Positions 48,419-57,638 of a DNA stretch of 64,000 bases are shown one piece after another. Within the stretch, counting starts at the first letter, position 1. Each line of letters opens with the position of its first letter. Source of the DNA: Candidatus Komeilibacteria bacterium RIFOXYD1_FULL_37_29 (GTDB lineage Bacteria > Patescibacteriota > Patescibacteriia > UBA1558 > GWA2-36-10); NCBI GenBank assembly GCA_001818495.1, contig MHKS01000005.1, forward strand, positions 402,584 to 466,583, in the 5' to 3' direction. Below the pieces are notes generated by a model. That model made no database searches. It saw nothing but the letters and a program-made list of their open reading frames with translations, and was not told the DNA's origin. The translations under genes were made by a program, and so were the position numbers.

Positions 48419-49519
48419 ATGTTTTTGACTTGGTTAGAAATCAACAAAACTAATATATTGCACAATATTGGGCAGTTTAAAAAGTTGGCTCCCCATTCGC
48501 AAATTTGGCCAGTGGTAAAGAGTAATGCTTATGGCCATGGTCTTAAGGAAATTGTGGCTTATTTGTCGGATCATGATGATGTCGGGGGGTTTATGGTGGC
48601 CAATTTAGAAGAAGCTCTGACTATTAAAAATTTGACCAAAAAGCCGATAATGGTGCTTAGCTATTTTGATTTAAGCGATCATTTTTCCTTAGAAAAAGTA
48701 GACTCCCAAATTTCTTTACCGGTTTATGATATTGATACCATCAATCAGTTGGCTAGTTTAAATAGAGATTTTTTGCTTAATGTAAAAATTGATACCGGGA
48801 CAGCTCGCTTGGGATTTAGCCAAGACCAAGTAAGATCAGCCATTGATCAAGTGGAAAAAAGCAAACATCTGAAAATTTTTAGCTTGTTTACTCATTATGC
48901 TGAATCGGAGGCCGAGGATCAAACTTTTAGCAAAAAACAGTTAGCCGATTTTCAAAAGATCACCAAAAATTATAAAAAATATAAAATACATTCAGCTTGT
49001 ACGGCCGCTAGTATTTCCTTGCCTTTAGCTCAGTCAAACATTATTCGAGCCGGTTTGGGTTTTTATGGTTTGTGGCCTAGTCAGGTTACCAAAAAAAGAG
49101 CTGATCAGTTGGCGATAGACTTACGACCATTGTTAAGCTGGAAAACAAAAATTGTTCATATTAAACAACTGAAAAAAGGTGACAGCATTGGTTACAACCG
49201 TACTTATCGCTGCAAGGATGATTGCCAGTTGGCTGTTTTACCGATTGGTTATAACGAAGGTTATGATCGGTCATTATCTAATAATAGTGCAGTATTAATT
49301 TCCGGTCAGCGCTACCCAGTTCGAGGAAATATTTGTATGAATTTGACCATGGTGGAAATACCAAAGTCCCTAGAGGTCAAAGTAGGGGAGGTAGTGACTC
49401 TAATTGGGCAAGATGGAGGAGAAAAAATTACCGTTGAAGAGCTAGCTGATTATTGTCAGACTATTAATTATGAAATAGTCACTAGGATAAACCCTAATTT
49501 AAAAAGAGCAATTATTTAA
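48419..49519 (+). CDS. alr: Alanine racemase
   Basis: PLP-lysine motif VVKSNAYGHG. Confidence 0.75.
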   Translation: MFLTWLEINKTNILHNIGQFKKLAPHSQIWPVVKSNAYGHGLKEIVAYLSDHDDVGGFMVANLEEALTIKNLTKKPIMVLSYFDLSDHFSLEKVDSQISLPVYDIDTINQLASLNRDFLLNVKIDTGTARLGFSQDQVRSAIDQVEKSKHLKIFSLFTHYAESEAEDQTFSKKQLADFQKITKNYKKYKIHSACTAASISLPLAQSNIIRAGLGFYGLWPSQVTKKRADQLAIDLRPLLSWKTKIVHIKQLKKGDSIGYNRTYRCKDDCQLAVLPIGYNEGYDRSLSNNSAVLISGQRYPVRGNICMNLTMVEIPKSLEVKVGEVVTLIGQDGGEKITVEELADYCQTINYEIVTRINPNLKRAII

Positions 49520-49569
49520 TTAAACGTTTTACGACACATAATATTATAGCCATAATTCTAAGATAGAGT

Positions 49570-50394
49570 ATGCGTGGTATGATTAAAACCAATAAATCTT
49601 GGCAACGACACCTGCCAAAAAGACCGCAACCAGTAAAGCGGGATTATTATAATACCACTAGAGTTAGTTATCAAAAGACTGTCGTTAGGATTATTTTGGT
49701 TATTTTAGGGTTATTGCTAGTTCAAAGTATCTTTCAAATAAAATATTTTAAGATAGAAAAAATAAATTTGGCCGGTCAAAAGGATTTAAGTGTCGAAGAG
49801 GCACAACAGTTTATTATCAGTGAGCTAGCCAAGACCAAATTTTTCTTTTTTGAAGAAAATAATTACTGGCTAGCGCCAATAGATGAGCTAAGCTATCAAC
49901 TCAAGGAAAAATACAATTTAGAAGAAGCTAAAATAGAAAAAAAATGGCCGGACAGCTTGCTAGTTACGGTCAAAGAGAAAGTTTCACATTTTATTTGGCA
50001 AAAAGATAACTCATTATACCTCTTAGATGCTCACGGCCTCTTAAATCGCCAAATCAGCTTTTTGGACGATAAATACTTGGTTTTAGAAGACAAAAGAGAC
50101 TACAGACCGCAGGGTGAGCAAATTTTTACCCCTGAAGAGATAGAGGTTATCAATCAGATCTATTTGAACTGGAATGACCTAATAGCACCAAAGGTTAAAA
50201 TGTCTAAAATAACCATTTATAATGATTGGAATATAGATTTGCATACTGAGACTGGTTTTTATGTTAAAATAGACAAGGATCAAGATATTAAGGAACAGTT
50301 AAATAATCTCCGGGCAGTCTTAGAGGAGAACATTACGGGCGTTGATATAGACTATATAGATATCCGTTTCGGGGATAAGGTGTATTTTAAGTAG
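49570..50394 (+). CDS. FtsQ/DivIB-like cell-division protein (single TM plus POTRA)
   Basis: N-terminal basic region, one TM helix (ILVILGLLLV), about 270 aa; weak family signal. Confidence 0.4.
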   Translation: MRGMIKTNKSWQRHLPKRPQPVKRDYYNTTRVSYQKTVVRIILVILGLLLVQSIFQIKYFKIEKINLAGQKDLSVEEAQQFIISELAKTKFFFFEENNYWLAPIDELSYQLKEKYNLEEAKIEKKWPDSLLVTVKEKVSHFIWQKDNSLYLLDAHGLLNRQISFLDDKYLVLEDKRDYRPQGEQIFTPEEIEVINQIYLNWNDLIAPKVKMSKITIYNDWNIDLHTETGFYVKIDKDQDIKEQLNNLRAVLEENITGVDIDYIDIRFGDKVYFK

Positions 50395-50471
50395 TATCTA
50401 TTAATAGTAGGCTTTTCTGGCCTATTTATTATATAGCATACTAATTGAGTATAATAACTCTTACACTCAGT

Positions 50472-50500
50472 TTGACAAGTATAAACCTAGCCTTTATAAT
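50472..50500 (+). promoter_or_regulatory. Consensus sigma70 promoter TTGACA-N17-TATAAT directly abutting the xerC/D start codon (leaderless transcript likely)
   Basis: -10 ends at 50500; ATG at 50507. Confidence 0.5.
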
Positions 50501-50506
50501 ATAAAT

Positions 50507-51463
50507 ATGGCTAAAAGCAAGACAAAATATAATCTCCCCCTCTTAGATGAGTTTCTCGAAAATATCCAGTCCAACAACTACTCTACAGAGACGGTCTATA
50601 ACTATGAAAGAGATTTAAATACTTTTGAAAATTTTTTAGAGGAAGATATTAAAATAGAATTTGATCAGTTGAATAAAAGATATATTATCAAATTCAAGGC
50701 GTATCTCTCCTCTACTTCCAGACAGACAGCTGCTCATGAGCATGGCGAAAAAAAATTATCCAGCTACAGCATCAATCGCATACTTTCTACGCTGCGGTCT
50801 TATGTTAAATTTTTAATAGATGTAGATTATAAATCTCCGATTAGTGCTGACTCTATCAAGTTACTCAAAACTGAAAAAAAGTACGGACAGGTGCCGGAAA
50901 TGCCTGACTTGATCAAGCTGATTGAGTGTCCAACCAAATTTGAAACAGACCCAACCATCAAATTAAGAAACAGAGCTATGTTGGAAACACTTTTTGCTAC
51001 TGGCATGCGTATATCGGAGTTATTATCTTTAAAGCGCCAGCAATTGGATAATACTGGGCGTATTTATATCATGGGTAAAGGCAAAAAACAGCGCTTTGTT
51101 TATTTGACACCGCGAGCCATCAAACACATTAAAGATTATCTAGATGCTCGCCACGATGAAGCTCCTTATCTTTTTATACCCTATCGTGGTAGAAATAATG
51201 CCGATAAGTACAAAAAAATTTCTACCAATTATTTGCAGTATAAAATAAAAAGATATCGCGAACTTCTATCTATCAATATGCCAATATCGGCTCACTCTAT
51301 TCGTCATGCCTTTGCTACTTACCTAGCTGAAAATGGCGCCAACCCAGCCGCTATTCAAATACTTTTGGGTCATGAGTCACTAGACACCACTACTAGATAT
51401 GTTCATGCTAGTGATCGTTATGCTGAAAAAATGCATACGGATTTTCATCCTCTTAAAAAGTAA
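50507..51463 (+). CDS. Tyrosine site-specific recombinase XerC/XerD family
   Basis: R..HSIRHAFATYLAENGANPAAIQILLGHESLDTTTRYVHA (RHRH...Y catalytic region). Confidence 0.8.
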   Translation: MAKSKTKYNLPLLDEFLENIQSNNYSTETVYNYERDLNTFENFLEEDIKIEFDQLNKRYIIKFKAYLSSTSRQTAAHEHGEKKLSSYSINRILSTLRSYVKFLIDVDYKSPISADSIKLLKTEKKYGQVPEMPDLIKLIECPTKFETDPTIKLRNRAMLETLFATGMRISELLSLKRQQLDNTGRIYIMGKGKKQRFVYLTPRAIKHIKDYLDARHDEAPYLFIPYRGRNNADKYKKISTNYLQYKIKRYRELLSINMPISAHSIRHAFATYLAENGANPAAIQILLGHESLDTTTRYVHASDRYAEKMHTDFHPLKK

Positions 51464-51491
51464 TAAAAATATTGCGTTTGTATTATTAATT

Positions 51492-51507
51492 TAGCTAATA
51501 TTAGCTA
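51492..51507. promoter_or_regulatory. Perfect 16-bp palindrome TAGCTAATATTAGCTA upstream of a consensus promoter (copy 1 of 2)
   Basis: An identical 16-mer recurs at 63659..63674, with the same spacing to a TTGACA -35 box. Confidence 0.45.
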
Positions 51508-51535
51508 TTTTTGTTTAATCTTGGGTAATCTATTA

Positions 51536-51564
51536 TTGACACATTAGGTTAAATATGTTATTAT
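51536..51564 (+). promoter_or_regulatory. Near-consensus sigma70 promoter TTGACA-N17-TATTAT
   Basis: Seen directly; no CDS follows it. Confidence 0.5.
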
Positions 51565-51570
51565 TTAGAA

Positions 51571-51690
51571 TCGTAGCAACAGCCTCATCGTTGTTTACTA
51601 CGATAATCTGCTGGATTGCTAGCAAAGGAAGGTAATTTATGTAGATTTTTTAGGAGGGCTGACAAGCATACGGTCAGCTCTCTTTCTTTT
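51571..51690 (+). ncRNA. Candidate small RNA (about 120 nt, or about 170 nt if read through to the second terminator at 51740)
   Basis: Bracketed by the consensus promoter and two consecutive intrinsic terminators (51655..51690 and 51705..51740). Contains an internal stem atcgtag...ctacgat. No convincing ORF. Confidence 0.3.
51655..51690 (+). terminator. Intrinsic terminator (9-bp stem with one G.U, then tttcttttt)
   Basis: agggctgac/gtcagctct. Confidence 0.5.
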
Positions 51691-51704
51691 TATCCAAAAA
51701 TAAT

Positions 51705-51740
51705 AGAGACCCCCGGAGGTGACCAAGGGTCTCTTTTTCC
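51705..51740 (+). terminator. Intrinsic terminator (agagaccc/gggtctct plus ttttt)
   Basis: Seen directly. Confidence 0.45.
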
Positions 51741-51944
51741 AGTCGATAGTGACTGGTTGCCGTGACCTGTTTTGCAGGTTGAGATAGTAATATTTTTGCC
51801 CAAAATTAGAGCCGAATACTCGCCATCGGGAGCAACAGAAGTCCAATGGTTTGCACCATAGGCGTTAAAATCAGGTACTACTTCTCAAGAACAGGTCTGG
51901 TTTCTTGAGAAGATTAACATTGATTATACAATTTGTCAATTATA

Positions 51945-51975
51945 AAAGCCCTCAAACTGGAGGGCTTTTAGTAAA
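51945..51975 (-). terminator. Terminator of the M23 peptidase gene (gccctc-aaactg-gagggc; T-runs on both strands)
   Basis: Seen directly. Confidence 0.55.
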
Positions 51976-51982
51976 TATTTTT

Positions 51983-53287
51983 TTAAGGAAGATAATTTAA
52001 GGGATCAACTGGTACACCATTTAGACGTATTTCTAAATGTAAATGTGGTCCGGTAGATAGTGGCCCAGAACCTCTAGTACCCGGCATACCGCCACTGTAA
52101 CCAATAATATCTCCTTTGGAGACAAATTGATCTTCCGATACACTGATTTCATTGACATGTCCATAGACACTGGAAAGACTATCGGCATGAACTAGCATGA
52201 TATAGCTATAACCAGTATTTCCTCCATCTCTAGCTTTAGCTACATAGCCAGATTCTACCGCTCTAATGGCTGTTCCTTGTGGAGTAGCAATATCTACAGC
52301 CGGATGTTCGAAAATATAGCGATAAGGATAATCTGGATCATGGAAATAAGCGGTAATTCTTTGGGAAATAACTGGCCACATTAGACCATCGCTTTTTATA
52401 TTATCCAACTCTAATTGGCGGTTGACTTTTTCTCGAGCTACTTTTTCTAAATAAACGATGTCGCTGTTGATTTGTTCTTGTTCTTCTTTGGCTTGATTCA
52501 GTAATTCTTGATATTTAGCTTCTTGTCCGCGAGTATTGGACATCAGAGAAAATTTGACGGTTTTTTGTCCATCCAAAGTCCCCCTTTTACCTTCTAAAAT
52601 GTTATTTAAAGCATCTAATTCCCCTTTTTCATTTTCTAGGGCACCTTTATCGCTATCAAGAGCTAGTTTTATTTCTTGTAGTTCTTCTACTCCCTCAAAT
52701 AAATTATCTTGGACATCCTCTAAACGTTCTAAGTCAGCTATAAAATCACTAAAGTTGTCGTTTAGTATGAGTATTTCCAAGAGGCTATTTTTTTGCTGTT
52801 GTCTATGCAAAGATCTGAGTACTTCGGCTAAAATTTCTTTTTGCTTATTTATTTCTTCTTCTTTGGCATTGATTTTTAGTTGGGTATTTTCTATTTTTAA
52901 GTTTATTGTTTCTATTTCTAATTCAGCTGCTTCTATTTCCAAGTTTATTTTGGCGATACTTTCATTTAAGGTGCTGATTTGAGATGATAAATTACCCAAC
53001 TCTTTTTGCTTGGCAGAAATATTTTTTTGGTAGATATCAATTTGTCGTCTCAGTTCTTGTATTTCTGATCTTTTATCATTGATATCTTGGTTTATTTGCC
53101 AGGTTTCGACATTGTTTAGATCTCCCATCTTATACTCTACTGCTTCGGAGTTTTTAGCCAAAAAAATAAAACCAAAAAGTAGCATGGTCAAGATAGTGAG
53201 CGATATTTTAGGGCTGATTTTTATTTTTATTTGTAGCATGGGATGAAATATATAGTATATTATAGCATATTTTGGTAATGTTGGCAA
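51983..53287 (-). CDS. Murein DD-endopeptidase / M23 (LytM) peptidase with long N-terminal coiled coil (EnvC-like)
   Basis: Signal/TM, then an extended heptad-rich region. C-terminal M23 motifs HADSLSSVYGH and GPHLHLEIRLNG. Confidence 0.75.
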   Translation of the reverse strand: MPTLPKYAIIYYIFHPMLQIKIKISPKISLTILTMLLFGFIFLAKNSEAVEYKMGDLNNVETWQINQDINDKRSEIQELRRQIDIYQKNISAKQKELGNLSSQISTLNESIAKINLEIEAAELEIETINLKIENTQLKINAKEEEINKQKEILAEVLRSLHRQQQKNSLLEILILNDNFSDFIADLERLEDVQDNLFEGVEELQEIKLALDSDKGALENEKGELDALNNILEGKRGTLDGQKTVKFSLMSNTRGQEAKYQELLNQAKEEQEQINSDIVYLEKVAREKVNRQLELDNIKSDGLMWPVISQRITAYFHDPDYPYRYIFEHPAVDIATPQGTAIRAVESGYVAKARDGGNTGYSYIMLVHADSLSSVYGHVNEISVSEDQFVSKGDIIGYSGGMPGTRGSGPLSTGPHLHLEIRLNGVPVDPLNYLP

Positions 53288-53290
53288 GAA

Positions 53291-54718
53291 TTATTTCAAT
53301 TTATTGATAGCTTGTTTTATTCTAAGCAAAGCTTCGTCTTTACCCAAAAACTCCAATAATTCTATGGGAGAGGGACTTTTCTCCAAGCCAGAACAGGCTA
53401 CTCTTAGTGGCCAAAAAATATCTCCGGGGTTGAGTTTTCTTTTGCTCATAATATCTTCAATAGTAGTATTTATTTTGTCTTGAGACCATTCACTGTGATG
53501 TATTTTTCCCAAGACTCCCAAAGCCAAATTTAAGCCCTCGGTAGTTTTAGTTAAATCGGATTTTTTAAACACTAGCATTTCTTTGGGATAATCCGGTAGT
53601 TTAAATAAAAATTCACTATTTTGAGCCAATTGGGATAGGCTGTCTATTCTAGAACCAAATAATAGTAAAACTTTTTTGGCTTGATGAGCATTTTTACCCA
53701 AGAATTTTTCTGCACTGTCTACTAGTTGGTTAAATCTTTTATCACTCTGTTGGATTATTTTTTTAATATACTCAGCATTGAACCAATTCAATTTTTTAAT
53801 ATCAAAGACTGCTCCGGCTTTATTTATTTTATCCAGAGAAAATTCTTTTATTAAATCGTCTACTAAGAAAAACTCTTTGTCGTTGCCGGGATTCCAGCCC
53901 AATAGCGCTACATAGTTTATCAGCGCCTCTATAATATAACCTTTATTTAAGTAATCTTCTACCGCTACATCACCCTGTCTTTTGGATAGTTTAGATTTAT
54001 CGGGATTTAATAAAAGCGGCAGATGAACAAAAATCGGTTGAGCGTAGTCTAGAGCATTATATAGCAAAATATGTTTAGGTAAAGATGGCATCCATTCTTC
54101 ACCGCGGATGACATGGGTGATGCGCATATCATGATCATCAACCACACTAGCCAGATGATAGGTTGGAAATTTATTTGATTTTAAAATTACAAAATCATCC
54201 AAATTTTTGCTGTGGACTGATATTTTTCCATAAACTTTATCTTCAGCAGTAATGATTTCATTGGTTGGTATTTTAAAACGGACTACAAATTTTTCTCCAG
54301 CTTTTATTTTTTGGTCCGTTTCCTCTGGACTGAGATCAAGGCAATGACGATCGTATTTGGGCACTTGTTTATTTTTTTGTTGTTCTTGGCGCACTTGATC
54401 TAGTCTTTCGGGAGAGCAAAAACAGCGATAGGCAAAATGATGGTCTATTAATTTATCCGTAGCTTTTTGGTAGAGTTTTAGTCTGTTAGACTGATGCTTT
54501 ATTTCTTCATTAGATTTTATACCCAGCTGGTTCAAGGTTTCAATCAATTGTTTATCAGCGCCCGGCACTAATCTTTCTTGATCAGTATCCTCTATTCTGA
54601 TTAGAAATTCACCCTGATTTTTTTTGGCCCATAAATAGGAAAAAAGGGCCGTGCGTAAACCGCCGATATGTAAATATCCAGTGGGGCTGGGAGCAAATCT
54701 AGTTCTTACTTTATGCAT
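53291..54718 (-). CDS. gltX: Glutamate--tRNA ligase
   Basis: RFAPSPTGYLHIGG (HIGH), KLSKRQG (KMSKS). Confidence 0.85.
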   Translation of the reverse strand: MHKVRTRFAPSPTGYLHIGGLRTALFSYLWAKKNQGEFLIRIEDTDQERLVPGADKQLIETLNQLGIKSNEEIKHQSNRLKLYQKATDKLIDHHFAYRCFCSPERLDQVRQEQQKNKQVPKYDRHCLDLSPEETDQKIKAGEKFVVRFKIPTNEIITAEDKVYGKISVHSKNLDDFVILKSNKFPTYHLASVVDDHDMRITHVIRGEEWMPSLPKHILLYNALDYAQPIFVHLPLLLNPDKSKLSKRQGDVAVEDYLNKGYIIEALINYVALLGWNPGNDKEFFLVDDLIKEFSLDKINKAGAVFDIKKLNWFNAEYIKKIIQQSDKRFNQLVDSAEKFLGKNAHQAKKVLLLFGSRIDSLSQLAQNSEFLFKLPDYPKEMLVFKKSDLTKTTEGLNLALGVLGKIHHSEWSQDKINTTIEDIMSKRKLNPGDIFWPLRVACSGLEKSPSPIELLEFLGKDEALLRIKQAINKLK

Positions 54719-54722
54719 ATAG

Positions 54723-55445
54723 TTATTTTTTTCCTTTGTTTTTATAGATTAAATAGGGAAAGACAATGACTGCTCGAACAATACGAGATAATCTACCTGG
54801 CTGAAGTGATAATCTCCATAACCATTCCAAACCCAGACTTTGCATTAGTTTGGGAGCCCTTTTTATAGTACCAGAGATAAAGTCAAAAGTTCCCCCTACT
54901 CCAGCCGCTATTTTGGTACTGGGTATTTTTTCTATATTTTCAGCAATCCAAAAATTTTGCCAAGGTGCGCCAAAGCCCACTAAAACAATATCGGGAGAAA
55001 ATTTTTGACCAAGTTCTAAAGCATTATTTTCGTCAGCAATTTGCCAGTTTAAAGCAGGATATTGTTTTTCGATAACGTCGCTTAATTTTTGATTACTGGT
55101 CAACCCTTGGCTATACAAACAAAACATTATTTTTAGCTTTTTATTCACCGCTAGATCAATCAGTATTTCATTTAGTCTCACGCCGGTAATGCGGTGAGCT
55201 AATGATACATCGTGACCCAAATATTGTAGAGCTTTGATAATACCGGCGCCGTCAATCAGCGAAACGCTAGCTTGATTTAATATTTCCAAAAATTTTTTGT
55301 TTTTTTGAGCTGTCACTATAAATTCTGGGTTGACAGTAACAATTTGATGTTGCTTTTTTGAATTTAAAAAATCAACTAATGTATTTTTTAAAAGATGCTC
55401 GGCTATGATATTTATTTTTACTCCTAATAAATTATATTGGGTCAT
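54723..55445 (-). CDS. WecB/TagA/CpsF-family (GT26) glycosyltransferase
   Basis: 240 aa; GT26 length and pattern (LIDGAGIIKALQYLG, GFGAPWQNFWI). Confidence 0.55.
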   Translation of the reverse strand: MTQYNLLGVKINIIAEHLLKNTLVDFLNSKKQHQIVTVNPEFIVTAQKNKKFLEILNQASVSLIDGAGIIKALQYLGHDVSLAHRITGVRLNEILIDLAVNKKLKIMFCLYSQGLTSNQKLSDVIEKQYPALNWQIADENNALELGQKFSPDIVLVGFGAPWQNFWIAENIEKIPSTKIAAGVGGTFDFISGTIKRAPKLMQSLGLEWLWRLSLQPGRLSRIVRAVIVFPYLIYKNKGKK

Positions 55446-55993
55446 AAGTCAAAGGTTTGTAAGCTAGTATATTCTGGACCATTTTTGGTCAGATTGCTTT
55501 CTTGTAGTTCAAAATATGATGTATAGAAAGATTTATTAATGGTCCAAGTATTAAAGGGCGTCAGTTCATCAAGCTGTAGACTTTTTTTGATACGCGCTAA
55601 AGTAAGATGAGCGGAAAAGCGGCGACCTTCTTTGTGAGCCAAGCCATCGTCAAAAAGAGCATCTTCTATTTGGTCGTATAATTTTTGTAAATTTTGATTA
55701 TTTTTAATGCCTAGATTTAAAATTTTTGGCCGATCCGGAGAAAATATTTGGGTTTGGTCTATGGATAATTCTAGATCCTTTAGGCCCAATTTTACTTTAT
55801 TTAAGCTGTCTATGAGATCTGGTATATTTTCAATCTTAAACTCCCCTAAAAATTTTAACGTTAGATGGATTTGTTCGCTACGAACAGGTTTGATTTTTTC
55901 CCAGGGTAAATCCAAACTAGAGAATTTTTTCATGATATCTCTGCTGATAATCGGATCAACCGGTAGGGCTATAAATAATCTTTTTGTCTCCAT
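55442..55993 (-). CDS. 2H-phosphoesterase (RNA 2',3'-cyclic phosphodiesterase / LigT-ThpR family)
   Basis: Two H-x-T-x motifs: HLTLKFLGE and HLTLARIK. Confidence 0.7.
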   Translation of the reverse strand: METKRLFIALPVDPIISRDIMKKFSSLDLPWEKIKPVRSEQIHLTLKFLGEFKIENIPDLIDSLNKVKLGLKDLELSIDQTQIFSPDRPKILNLGIKNNQNLQKLYDQIEDALFDDGLAHKEGRRFSAHLTLARIKKSLQLDELTPFNTWTINKSFYTSYFELQESNLTKNGPEYTSLQTFDL

Positions 55994-56120
55994 TTTTTTA
56001 GGAAATAATAAGTTACTCTAGCTTGATTTTATCTTAAATAGGCTCAAAAATCAATGGCTATAATATTAAATTTTTGCTATAATACATAAACTAAAATAAA
56101 TAATAGAAGGAATTAGCCAT

Positions 56121-57632
56121 ATGACCAATTTTTACAAGAAAAACATAGCTATTTTTGTTATGTTTACTCTATTTATCCCCAATTTAGTTTGGGGGGCAGA
56201 AGTAGATTTAAATAATTATAACTACATTATCTCTGATGCGGAAGCATTGAATTATCAATCTATGGATAAAAAAGATATCCAAGAATTTTTAGATTCTAAA
56301 GGTGGCTATATAGCTAATAAGTCCTATATGGGCAATAATCCATCTCCAGAACAATTAGCTTTAGATCCAAATAAGGAATATCCAAAAACTAGAACCACAG
56401 CTGAAATAATATATAACGCCGCACAAGAAGCCAAGATTAATCCACAGTTTTTGATTACTATGCTACAGAAAGAGATGAGTTTAATCACAGACAAAGCTCC
56501 TACAGAAAATCAACAAAAGTATGCTATGGGTTATGATTGTCCAGATAGAAGTGGCTGTGCTTTTAAAACTAGTGGTTTTGCTAACCAAGTAAGAGCAACC
56601 GCTCAGCAATTTGCTTGGGATTTAGGCAAAGATGAAGAAACTGGCAAGTATAGAATCTATGGGTATAGCTGGTCTCCAGGTAAAACATCTTGTGCAGATG
56701 ATTACAATTCATTTTTACCATGTACTTCTGATGGTATTGAAGTTACCCCTGAAAATAGGATTACAGCCGCTATGTATAGATATACGCCCCATGTGGTAGG
56801 AAATATGAATTTTAAAAGAATATGGAATAAATATGGTTTTGGTGGAGAAATTGATGATGAGGAAAATGATTTACCAGTAGCAGAGCCCGGTTTTTTCCCA
56901 GAGGGAGCTCTACTTAAATCCAAAGGCAGTCAAGCGGGCACTATTTATTTGATTACTGGTGGAGAAAAAAGAGCCTTTGCTGACATGACGTCTTTGTTAT
57001 CACGTTTTGATCCAGATAAAGTATTATTAGTTGATTCTGCTGAATTGGACAAATACGATAATGGTTATATTATAGCTTATGCTAATTATTCTGTTTTAGA
57101 AAGTCCCGATGGCGATAGATACTTGATTGATGGTTTGACCAAACGGCTGATTGTTTCCGATGAAATTTTCCGTCAATTGGGCTTTAATCCTGATGAAATA
57201 GAAAAGGTCAGCCAGTCAGAGCTAGACGCTTATGTCACTGGTGATTCTTTAGATGCTTCAGCTAGTCCTTTTGCCGAGCTCTGGCAAGACATGTCTAATG
57301 AGGCCATTTATTTGGTTAAAGACGGTCAGAAACACAGAATAGTTGATCAATTTATTGTAGATGTCAATTTTCCGGCCATGAAGATAAAAGATGTTACTAC
57401 TAAAACTTTAGATGATTTGAAAACCAGTACGCCAATCAAACTGGTAGATGGAACACTAATAAAAGTTGAGACTGATGCCAGAGTTTATGTTATATCTAAT
57501 GGCCAGCGTCGTTTGATTCCCGATGGTAATACTTTTGGTAAATTGGGCTACAGTTGGGCCGGTATTTATGCAGTGCCTAGTAAAATAATGAATCTACATC
57601 AATTAGGAGAGCCTATTTTAAGCCGAGAATAA
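56121..57632 (+). CDS. Secreted hypothetical protein (signal peptide; no recognisable family)
   Basis: N-terminal IAIFVMFTLFIPNLVWGAEV signal; 503 aa. Confidence 0.4.
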   Translation: MTNFYKKNIAIFVMFTLFIPNLVWGAEVDLNNYNYIISDAEALNYQSMDKKDIQEFLDSKGGYIANKSYMGNNPSPEQLALDPNKEYPKTRTTAEIIYNAAQEAKINPQFLITMLQKEMSLITDKAPTENQQKYAMGYDCPDRSGCAFKTSGFANQVRATAQQFAWDLGKDEETGKYRIYGYSWSPGKTSCADDYNSFLPCTSDGIEVTPENRITAAMYRYTPHVVGNMNFKRIWNKYGFGGEIDDEENDLPVAEPGFFPEGALLKSKGSQAGTIYLITGGEKRAFADMTSLLSRFDPDKVLLVDSAELDKYDNGYIIAYANYSVLESPDGDRYLIDGLTKRLIVSDEIFRQLGFNPDEIEKVSQSELDAYVTGDSLDASASPFAELWQDMSNEAIYLVKDGQKHRIVDQFIVDVNFPAMKIKDVTTKTLDDLKTSTPIKLVDGTLIKVETDARVYVISNGQRRLIPDGNTFGKLGYSWAGIYAVPSKIMNLHQLGEPILSRE

Positions 57633-57638
57633 AATAAT

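Noticed and set aside
51637-51846. 69-aa ORF on the - strand in the gene-free region
   Set aside because: No RBS, spans two + strand terminators, odd composition. More likely non-coding or a remnant.
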